NCBI RefSeq assembly: GCF_000181795.1
Contig: NW_003526941.1
Location: 10,997,825-11,017,824, forward strand
From: Trichinella spiralis
Taxonomy: Eukaryota
Direction of reading: 5' to 3'
Length of the DNA stretch: 20,000 nucleotides
A model generated the notes under the pieces. That model saw only the letters and a list, made by a program, of their open reading frames with translations. It had not been told where the DNA came from and made no database searches. The position numbers and the translations under genes were made by a program. How positions within the stretch are numbered: position 1 is the stretch's first letter; the number at the start of each line of letters is the position of its first letter. Below are positions 11,001 to 19,639 of the stretch, one piece after another.

Positions 11001-13024
11001 GCCGAACGTGCGCAACGGTTTCGGCAATTCCACGTCACCTCGTCTATCTGAGATCAATGGTGGCGATGTTGTTCCATCGGCTGAAGCAACGGAAAACAGT
11101 AATCAAATGATGCACCACACATCCAATTCGTGCAATCGACCGGACAGAATACGTGTCATACCGGTTGAAGAATACGACACAGAGCACGGTGTAAGTTCTA
11201 TGTTGCAAATTACATTATATGCATATTAAGCAAGCATGCATGCGTGCGCGCGTGCTGTTTTGCAATTGCTATTTTGAACGACTTCACTGGGAGCAATAAG
11301 TCAGTCATTATTTTCACCCGATATATCTATCCATCTACGCGCGATCAGTGATAAATTTTGCAAACTGATGTCATTTACTTGTATAAATTGCTTTGTTTTA
11401 ATTGATTTTTTCCACATCTTGCGACAAATTTAAAGTAATATTCCAATTGCAGTGTTTCCATCAGTTAGTCAGTCAGTCTTTTCTTGTTTTTCTTGCCTGT
11501 TTGAAAAATATAGCTCTGTTTTAGTCACAAACACAGAAAGTTTTGTCCGGATTGTCGTCACCGATGAAAAATTCTCGTAAGGAGATGTACGAACAAGCAG
11601 CTGGTATGTTGTCCAGCTATGCGTATAATTCTCAACCAAGTTTGGCCGGTGCTGAACATGGAAATGGTCATTCCCAACACAGACACAGTGCCTCTCGGAG
11701 CAGTCGCAATTCGTCCGGCATTCAAGTTACGCCATCTCCTTCAGATTCAGTAGTAACAGAGCTTGAGGTAAGTAAATTGCACTTACACATCACTTTTTTT
11801 AATATACAATAATCATTGCATTCACCTACGGACAACAATACTCATTAATAATAACCAACATATATTTGCAAGATGCAGATGTAAATTTTTTAAAAATAAT
11901 TTTCTTCAAAAGTACAGTAAGGTGCATAAAAGATGCATTGCATTTGTTATTTGTTGAGTGCAAAGTTTTCGATTTAATGACAAATTCAGTTGTGCATTGA
12001 CCGATGAAATGAAACTCTAATAGAAGCGTGGTAATTGATTATCTGTTTGAAATACTGTAGCAGTTTTTAATTCATTCATTATCACTTTTGAGTACTGTTG
12101 ATTGCACTTTACTCCATCATATTGAATCCAAGTTTTTGATATTTCAACAATACTGCCTCTACTTCAATATTCTATGTGTAGTTTTGGACATTTGAGAATT
12201 TAACTGTTAAGTAACAGTTCAGTTATCATTCTCTGCTCGTGAGCAATTTCGTTTTGTTTTTTTTTGTAATTTCGAATTGTCTGTTGTGTTATTTTTAATT
12301 TCTTTTTAGACGGCTCTTCGAGAAAAAGATGCGGAAATTTTAAATCTTAGAACAACTATGGAACGAAATGAAGAAGTGATAATTCAAGTATATCAAGTAA
12401 AAAAAGACGATGGCCAATTTGAAGTTGTGAATTTGTATATATATATATTAATTGGTTTTTTTATTATAATAAAGGAAAAAGAGGAACGGTGGAATGAGAA
12501 ATTACGCGAATGGGGAAGTCGTTTGCAGGCTGCGGTTCGCAATGAACAAAAACTACTCTCTCAAGTCCACTATATGCAAGACGAACGTAGCGATTTTCAA
12601 GAAAAAATCAACAGTCTAGTCGCCGAAAAGCAGGGCCTACAGAAAAAAGTGATAATCAAGCACAAAGTGATAAAACGTAGTCTGTAATTGTTGTAATGGT
12701 TGTCGTTATTTCAGATCCGCCAACTGGAAAAGGAGATGTTTGAATTGCGTGGACGTTTGAACGCTAAAGTGAAACAGTGGAGTGTCTGCCAGAAATGCTC
12801 AAACGTTTTTCTGCCACAACAGAATCAAGTACGTGTTACGTAATGATATAATTTATTTGACTGCAGAAGCGAACAAAGAAGAAAACAAAAGCATTGTTTT
12901 TTCTTTTCTTTTGTAGGTAGAATCAGGATCACCACATTCGACTGATATGCTGCGCAGCGAGTTGGACGCTTTGCGTTTGGAAGTTACTGAAATTCGTCAT
13001 TCACTGCAGGGTCAAGTCGGTTAG
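7853..13024 (+). CDS. LZTS/N4BP3 (leucine zipper putative tumor suppressor, Fez1-family) coiled-coil protein; spliced model join(7853-8035,8132-8485,10717-11190,11525-11767,12310-12396,12475-12648,12715-12828,12917-13024), about 578 aa; the true start is probably further upstream
   Basis: The exons join in frame at consensus splice sites, all phase 0. The translation contains LZTS-family motifs recognised from memory: LVKPSAFRPV, TPSPSDSVVTELE-TALREKDAEILNLRTTMERNEEVIIQVYQ-EKEERW, and WSVCQK (compare WEVCQK at the start of the Fez1 domain). The C-terminal half shows heptad coiled-coil patterning. Confidence 0.8.
8132..8485 (+). CDS. LZTS-like exon (GQAVESATSS...HHHHHHQ...GGVPNST)
   Basis: Acceptor ttttcAG ends at 8131; donor ACT|GTGAGT at 8486. 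GC-richer open frame with a His/Gln tract. Confidence 0.8.
10119..10164. repeat. Imperfect (GCT/GTT)n trinucleotide tract in an intron
   Basis: Read directly from the sequence. Confidence 0.85.
10717..11190 (+). CDS. LZTS-like exon (DHKNLVKPSAFRPV...YDTEHG)
   Basis: Acceptor ttgcAG ends at 10716; donor GGT|GTAAGT at 11191. Contains the PSAF(K/R)PV motif typical of LZTS/N4BP3 proteins. Confidence 0.85.
11525..11767 (+). CDS. LZTS-like exon (SQTQKVLSG...TPSPSDSVVTELE)
   Basis: Acceptor ttttAG ends at 11524; donor GAG|GTAAGT at 11768; phase 0-0. Confidence 0.85.
12310..12396 (+). CDS. LZTS-like exon (TALREKDAEILNLRTTMERNEEVIIQVYQ)
   Basis: Acceptor tttttAG ends at 12309; donor CAA|GTAAAA at 12397. 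Encodes the conserved LZTS coiled-coil motif. Confidence 0.85.
12475..12648 (+). CDS. LZTS-like exon (EKEERWNEKLREW...GLQKK)
   Basis: Acceptor taaAG ends at 12474 and restores the VYQ-EKE junction. Donor AAA|GTGATA at 12649. Coiled-coil composition. Confidence 0.8.
12715..12828 (+). CDS. LZTS-like exon (IRQLEKEMFELRGRLNAKVKQWSVCQKCSNVFLPQQNQ)
   Basis: Acceptor tttcAG ends at 12714; donor CAA|GTACGT at 12829. Contains the WxVCQK Fez1-start motif. This exon is not in the ORF track. Confidence 0.8.
12917..13024 (+). CDS. LZTS-like last (or penultimate) exon (VESGSPHSTDMLRSELDALRLEVTEIRHSLQGQVG*)
   Basis: A polypyrimidine tract and tgtAG acceptor end at 12916. Leucine heptads are present, with TAG at 13022-13024. 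The exon may instead splice (donor at 13016 or 13020) to the cccAG acceptor ending at 13080. Confidence 0.7.
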   Translation, partial: VESGSPHSTDMLRSELDALRLEVTEIRHSLQGQVG

Positions 13025-13040
13025 AAAGATTTTTTCAAAA

Positions 13041-13067
13041 CATTCATTCATTCATTCATTCATTCAT
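13041..13067. repeat. (CATT)6 microsatellite
   Basis: Read directly from the sequence. Confidence 0.9.
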
Positions 13068-13736
13068 CCTATTTGCCCAGATACATCAGCAAAACGTATC
13101 TCATCATGTACAAAGCCAATAGGCGATTCTTATTTCGCGCTCAAACCTTCTTTCACATATTCTATTCCATCCAAATTCATTAATATTTGTTGTGATGCTT
13201 ATTTCTTTTTTTTTGTTTTTTTTCTGTTTCAAAGTAACTCGTGTTGAATGAAGAAAATATGCGTAATCAACTTCAGTTCAACAAAACAACCGCAATCACA
13301 GTTATTCAAATGGTAGTAAATTTTTTTCCACATTATTGTTTTTGTTCTCTTCTGTCTGATGATGATGATGATGATATACCATGACGACGTCATTTTGCTG
13401 AATGCAATGTTGTTCCATTCAAATCCAAAAGCGATACACTTCGCAGAAAGCTCTGTTGATTATGACCAAGCAATTATTATACAACTATTCGCTAATGAAC
13501 AAATGTAGTTTACTGCACTGCGGCATTTTTTCATTTTTCGCGCTCCATTTCAACAAATACCTACCAGATGAACATTACAATACGCAGGCAATAGGATCCA
13601 ATTAACAACCAATTTTACATTTCTTTGTGTATCTACGTCTGTGCCGAGCATCATTACCAACATTCCTGCTTCCACCAGTATTGTTTTCCATTGATGACGC
13701 ATTTGTTCTAGATATTTTTCACTTACAGAAATACAG

Positions 13737-13827
13737 AATAAAAAAATAGCATAGAGAGAAAATAAAGCAGATAAAATAAAGTAAAAAATTATTATAATAT
13801 CAAGTTAAAGGATATTTCAAAAATAAA
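13737..13827 (+). promoter_or_regulatory. Cluster of AATAAA polyadenylation-signal candidates for the LZTS-like gene
   Basis: AATAAA at 13737, 13761, 13775 and 13822, about 0.7 kb after the stop. The A-rich context makes chance matches likely. Confidence 0.3.
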
Positions 13828-14558
13828 ATTGTGCAAAAATAATTGATCATCAAAAAAAATACAGTAATATACAGTAATGGATTGATTGCCAAATCATCGA
13901 TAAGAAGGTTACAAAGTAACAGACCAATCAGAGAAAAGCAAATGTTGTACACGTGGTTAATAATAAATAGTTCATTTCAGTGGTGTTCGATTAACGGTAA
14001 CGGTGCGTAGCTAACGTGCAAGTGAAAAAACTGTATTCAGGTAAAAATTTAATTTTAAAACTTATCTCCTCATGTTTTTTTGCAAGAACCCAAGTAAATT
14101 TAAGTCTTCATGTAGGTAGGTTTGTTTCATTTAAATATTCACATAAATTGAAAAACAAGACAAAATTCTCAATTATGTAAATATATATAGTTCAACCGGG
14201 AGTGGTTTCAAAAAAACTGATATTTCAATTTGTTATGAAACTCAAGCGTCTAGATACAACTGAATGAACTGTACACTATTTTCAATTTTTCAATTTCCAC
14301 TTGAGTATGGCGTTGAATTTCATTTTGAACACTGCTACTACAATTCGAATTGCGATTAGTGTTATCTATTATTCAAATAAGGAAAATATTGTTTTTCATT
14401 TAATTTATTTAACTTTATTATTACATTATATTACTTTTCAAATTTTACATCATCAGAAGAAAGATTAGGTAAATTAAATTTTCTGTTTGGTTAATTTTGT
14501 TGGTCAACTCGCGCAGCTTAGGGTGCTTATATTCTGGTGAAAAGCGTTATGTGATGAG

Positions 14559-14720
14559 TTCCATTTATGTAGGCCATTTTTGAATTTTCAAATCTCAAAT
14601 ACAGAAATGCGATGGCGTGTTTTGTATAAGTCAATGTTTTTGTTATGGCATTTTTTGTCCGATAGTTTATATTTTGACTGAATTGTTGTAAATGTCGAGG
14701 TCATTTTTGAATTTTCAAAT
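14559..14720. repeat. Fourth, partial copy of the start of the ~1-kb repeat unit
   Basis: ttccatttatgtaggccatttttgaattttcaaatc...gtttttgttatggc...gatagtttatattttgactga...ggtcatttttgaattttcaaa matches 16439-16595 and 17454-17610. Confidence 0.9.
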
Positions 14721-16029
14721 AACTGTCATTGATTGTTTTCAATTTGCCACTCTATGCGAATTGCTTCTTCTGATCATTACTTTTTCTCTCTTTCTACAAA
14801 TTAGTATTTTTGCGATGAGAATTGCTTTTATTTTTCGCAAGGCAACAATTAAATTTTCTCCCAAACAGAGTGCATTAGTTAAGTAAACAAAGGGCAATAA
14901 AAATGTGCACGAGTGATATTTATCAGCAGCAATGAATAAAATGAAAATTTGCATGCGAGTTCATTTACTTTATTGACATATTGGAAATAATATTAGTTTG
15001 ACTTCGTTCGTGGCTGGATGCGCAGTGGTTTGATTGTAAAACAAACTGAAAACTACCAACACTAAGCGCCAAACAATTCATTTACTTTCTCATCATTATT
15101 GTTTTTTTTGAATAATTTCTGAAAAATAATTTTTCAATCAACATCCAAAGACAATGAGCATCAACAATGAGAAGACAATGCATTTAGCAGTAAGTGGCAG
15201 TTTTTTTCATTTTTAAGTCGTAATCACACTTAACAGTGCAATCGAGAATCGATAATGAGCATAATTTTCCAATATAGGTGAGAATGGAATAGAATGAGAT
15301 TTGTTGAAATGTCATTATTAGAATATGGTCTTTCTATAATCACTTTTGCAGCAGCTGACATGCACGTTCAGTTGACCACAAGCAAGCTTTTGCCCGAAAA
15401 TTGCTCACTTTAAGTTAGCTTCATTTGAACTACCTGGTTTTCTCCTGACTTAAGAATATTTTCAGGCATACGTAGGTGTGTTTTGTTTAAGTCAATATTT
15501 TTGTTATGGCGATTTTTGTCAGATAGTTTATATTTTGACTGAATTCTAAATGTCAATGTCATTTCTGAATTTTCATACAGTCCTCATTAGTAGAATGTAG
15601 CAGTCTTATTGATATTGTATCGCGGCATAGGTTAGAATTGATCTTCGGCAAGAAGTTCTAACGCACTGAAACCGGTTTCCAGCGCTGCGCTATGCAAATA
15701 ACGATCTCCATAAAGGTGCCTTATCGTCGATTAGGGTGCACTCGTTCGTTTGACGTACCTGGCAAGTGGTAGCGCCGTAAAACGTTCTCTCAATTCATGA
15801 CGTTAAATAATTGCTGAAGACGATTTTTAATTGCTGAAAAGTAATTCCTCCTTCTTTCTACTTGAGTTACTTTTCTACAAACCATTTGTATACTCATTTT
15901 CTAAATAATTATCTTTTAATTAAAAAGTAGTTAATTATTATATTTCAAAATACATCTTTTAATTTGTTGTTACTTTCACTACGTGATGAAGCGAGAACAT
16001 TTTTGATTTAATATTTAAAATTTTTACAG

Positions 16030-16116
16030 ATATGAACAATGAAGAATAAAAGTGAATACGCAGTCGACACGAATCAAAACGCAGACGGTACGAAGCAGAA
16101 CAATAGAAGAGAAAAG
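16030..16116 (+). pseudogene. Disabled paralog of the 18038 exon (MNNEE*), copy A
   Basis: tttttacAG|atATG AAC AAT GAA GAA TAA; donor AAG|GTATGC at 16117. Confidence 0.35.
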
Positions 16117-17036
16117 GTATGCGTGGTTTCTTGTTCGTCTTGATTCTGTAAGACTGAATTCGAAAGGGTGCAGTTATATCTATGTTAAATTAAGTTATTT
16201 AAGCATGTTATATGTAAATTGTAAGTAAGATGTTCTTCAATGTGAAATTCCATCTTTTGACTTTTATATTATGTTGAGACTAAGTAAGAAGTCATCTTTA
16301 GTAAGTATTTTTATCGCCCCTAAGTTTCTGTCCATAAAAGAACATCAGCATCTATCGAAAATTACTTTTTCATAAGCAAAAATAACGTTCACTTGCAAAC
16401 GATTCACTTGAAAGTGTCTTTTTGTATAAGAAATCAACTTCCATTTATGTAGAGCATTTTTGAATTTTCAAATCTAAAATTCAAACATGCGAAGGCGTGT
16501 TATGACTAAGTTAGTGTTTTTGTTATGGCGTTTTCTGCCAGATAGTTTACATTTTGACTGATTTGTAAACGTTAAGGTCATTGTTGAATTTTCAAAGTGA
16601 ACAGTGCATTTCTCCTGGTCATACTGTATCGTGGCATAGGTTAGAGTTTATCGTCAGTAAGAAGTTCCAATGCACAAAAACCGGTTTCCAACGCTGCTCT
16701 ATGCAAATAACGATCGCCATAAAAGGTGCCTTATCGTCAGTTAGGGTGCACTCGTTCGTTTGACTTACGTGGCAAGTGGTAGCGTTGTGAAACGTTCTCT
16801 GATTTCATGACGCTAAATAGTTCCTGAAATCGATTTTTAGTTGCTGAAAAGTAATTCCTCCTTCTTTCTACTTGCGTTTCCTTTCTTAAAAATATTTTGT
16901 ACATATTTTCTGAACGTTACCGCTTAAGTAAAATTAGTTAATTAGTAAATTTGAAAATTCAATTTTCAATTTGTTGTTACTTTTACTACGTGATGAAGCG
17001 AGAACATTTTTGATTTAATGTTTAACATTTTTACAG

Positions 17037-17123
17037 ATATGAACAATGAAGAAAGAAAGTAAAAACGCTGTCGACACGAAGCGAAACGCGGACAGCACGA
17101 AATAGAACAATAAAAGAGAAAAA
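17037..17123 (+). pseudogene. Disabled paralog of the 18038 exon (MNNEERK*), copy B
   Basis: tttttacAG|atATG AAC AAT GAA GAA AGA AAG TAA; donor AAA|GTATGT at 17124. Confidence 0.35.
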
Positions 17124-18037
17124 GTATGTGCGGTTTCTTGTTTGTCTTGATTCTGTAAGACTGAATTCGAAAGGGTGAAGTTATTCCTATGTTAAATTAA
17201 GTTACTTAAACGTGCTGTAAGTAAGATATTTTTCACTGCGAAATTCCAAATTTCGACTTTCATGTTGAGACTAGGTAAGAATTCATCTTTAGAAAGTATT
17301 TCTATCGTCCTTAAACTACTTTTATTACTGCAAGAATTGTTTCTGTCCATAAAAGAACATCAGCATCTATCGCAAATCATTTTTTCATAAGCAAAAATAA
17401 CGTTCACTTGCAAACGATTCACCTGAAAGTGTCCTTTTGTATAAGAAATCAATTTCCATTTATGTAGGGCATTTTTGAATTTTCAAATCTAAAATTCAAA
17501 CATGCGAAGGCGTGTTACGACTAAGTTAGTGTTTTTGTTATGGCGTTTTCTGCCAGATAGTTTACATTTTGACTGATTTGTAAACGTTAAGGTCATTGTT
17601 GAATTTTCAAAGTGAACAGTGCATTTCTCCTGGTCATACTGTATCGCGGCATAGGTTAGAGTTTATCGTCAATAAGAAGTTCCAATGCACAAAAACCGGT
17701 TTCCAACTCTGCTCTATGCAAATAACGATCGCCATAAAAGGTGCCTTATCGTCAGTTAGGGTGCACTCGTTCGTTTGACTTACGTGGCAAGTCGTAGCGT
17801 CGTGAAACGTTCTGTTAGTTTATTTACGGCGTTTCGTTTTTAATTGTTGAAAGTATTCCATATTTCTCTTTCTGTTGCTTTTATTTTCGAAACTCTCGTT
17901 ATAATCATTTTGTTAACGTTATTTTTAATTGAAAATCAGTTACTTCTTCTATTTGAAAATTCATTGTTCAGTTTTTCAATTTTGCTATGTGATAAAGCGA
18001 CAAAATTTTTGACTTAACATTTAACATTCTTATAGAT

Positions 18038-18148
18038 ATGAACAATGAAGAAAAGAAAAAGCGAAAACATGGGCGACTCGTTGAGCAGATCGCGGACGGC
18101 ATGAAACGGATCGCGGACGACACGAAGCAGAACAAGAAAAGACAAAAG
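18038..18148 (+). CDS. Candidate short first coding exon in repeat copy C (MNNEEKKKRKHGRLVEQIADGMKRIADDTKQNKKRQK), basic and NLS-like
   Basis: An acceptor-like ttatAG lies 2 nt before the ATG; donor AAG|GTATAT at 18149. The same boundaries are present in copies A and B. Confidence 0.35.
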
Positions 18149-19350
18149 GTATATGTGGTTTCCCGTGGGTCCCTATTCTGTAGGTCTGGGCTAGGGATAC
18201 TTCGAAAGGGTGAAGTTATCCCATAGTTTTAATTAAGTTAAAGGCAAACCTACATGGCTGAGTTTTGAATTAATGCAGTACTTGGTCTTTCACGCAGCAA
18301 AATTTACGTATGCAATTGCTTTCCTGTGTCGGTTTAATTTTTGATTATTTTGTAGTTTTTGTTTTTCTTTTCTTACAGAGTTTGATTTTGAACATTTTTC
18401 AAAGCAAATTCTTTTTATTTTTGAATTTATTTTTTCTATTCATTCAAACTTTATTTTTCCCTTCTTTATTATATACATTTGATTTTTCAATTCCTCTCAT
18501 TATTTCTTTTGATTCCTTTTTATTTTCACTTTTTTTCTTCTTGTATTGTACATTTTATTGTTTTTTGTTCAATTTATTTTTCCAAATATTTTTTCTATAA
18601 TTCTTTTATTGTGAATTTAATTTTGTAAAAACTCTGACACATGGAAAGCATTGCATACAAATACGTAAACACGTAATAGACCGTAATGCACATGGAGAAG
18701 AAAGAAGAAAAGTGGAGTAAGTCACGAGCGAATGAACGGATGGTGGATAGGTTGGATCGAATCAGTTGTTGGTCAATTGCGTTCGTTGCTGAACTGAGGT
18801 AAGTTTCGACACGTTGGAGAAGATACGATGTGCCGAAGTCGAGCGTGAAAGGTTCTTCATTACAAAGACACAATGAATAAAATATGTTACCATGTTCACA
18901 GACGTAACAAAAGGCCAATGCTGCGTTAATTTATAACGATGATGCTCATGTAGGATTAGTTAAAAAGGGGAAAATCATGTTTGCCATTACTAGTTGCCAG
19001 CCAGGAATATTAATTAGCTTATAGGAACAAGAACAAAATAGTTAAAATGGGGAAAATAAAATTAATACACGTAACGCAAGTACAATTAATAATGTATATA
19101 AAAGTAAGAAAAAATAAGTTTTTTCTTTTAATATAAACTAAGAACAATGCAACAACAACAACAATTCTTTATTAATGAAACGTTTTATTTTTCACAAAAA
19201 GTTTTTTTGTAATAAATGTACAATGTAATACAAACAAACAGATAAAGTCTGGCATAAATGAGTTCTGCGAAATGGCAAACATGCCGGAAATGGGACTTGA
19301 AATATTTAATGCAGGTGGAGAATGGAGAGACCAAAAAATGGGCCCCATCC

Positions 19351-19639
19351 TGGAGCGTGAAGCTCCCTTCCCTTAGACAAGGGAGAGTGCAAACTCTTCC
19401 TTGCTCTTTGGGCAGGCAGAGCGCACGCTCCTCTTCCCTGGAGCGGGGAAAGCCTAGGCTTTCCGCGCTGAAGAGGTGGGTGAGACTTTGTTGTTTCACC
19501 TGCCTCAGATGTGCGGGGAGTTTAGTGTTTTTCCCCGCTCCAAGGGGAGGGGAGATAGTGCGTTTTTTGCCTGCCCAACAGAGTGGGGGAGATTTCGCAT
19601 TTTTCCTTGTCTTTAAGGGGAGGAGATTCGCGCTTTCCA
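19351..19639 (+). repeat. Long imperfect inverted repeat (fold-back): arms 19351-19486 and 19493-19639, 6-nt loop, built from ~35-bp subrepeats; candidate hairpin RNA
   Basis: The left arm aligns along its whole length to the reverse complement of the right arm, e.g. ttgggcaggca/tgcctgcccaa, tggagcggggaaa/tttccccgctcca, agacaagg/ccttgtct, and gaggtgggtgagac/gtttcacctgcctc. Confidence 0.9.

Larger units (their letters stand above)
15466..18239. repeat. Tandem segmental repeat, ~1015-bp period (copy A ~15466-16438, copy B 16439-17453, copy C 17454-~18239)
   Basis: Shared anchors recur: ttccatttatgtag at 16439 and 17454; aaaccggtttcca and ttagggtgcactcgttcgtttgac in all three copies; agatatgaacaatgaagaa at ~16028, ~17035 and ~18034. 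Confidence 0.95.

Noticed and set aside
15983..16160. GTGATGA box-C-like motif in the repeats (C/D snoRNA?)
   Set aside because: The nearest CTGA is ~170 nt away, no terminal stem is evident, and copy C has GTGATAA.
16581..16763. Duplicated 60-aa ORFs (also 17596-17778)
   Set aside because: They start with TTG, their identity only reflects the DNA duplication, and copy A has an indel (ataaagg vs ataaaagg) that breaks the frame.
16762..16775. GACTTACGTGGC / GACGTACCTGGC resembling the U1 snRNA 5' end
   Set aside because: There is no downstream U1 structure or Sm site. It is better explained as a minus-strand splice donor (GTAAGT/GTACGT).
18310..18600. Phe-rich 96-aa ORF resembling a mitochondrial membrane protein
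   Set aside because: It is a product of the T skew, with no recognisable ND/COX/ATP motifs.
19493..19639. ~35-bp periodic subrepeats as a CRISPR-like array
   Set aside because: The units are degenerate tandem repeats with no constant repeat/unique spacer structure, the context is eukaryotic, and no cas genes are present.
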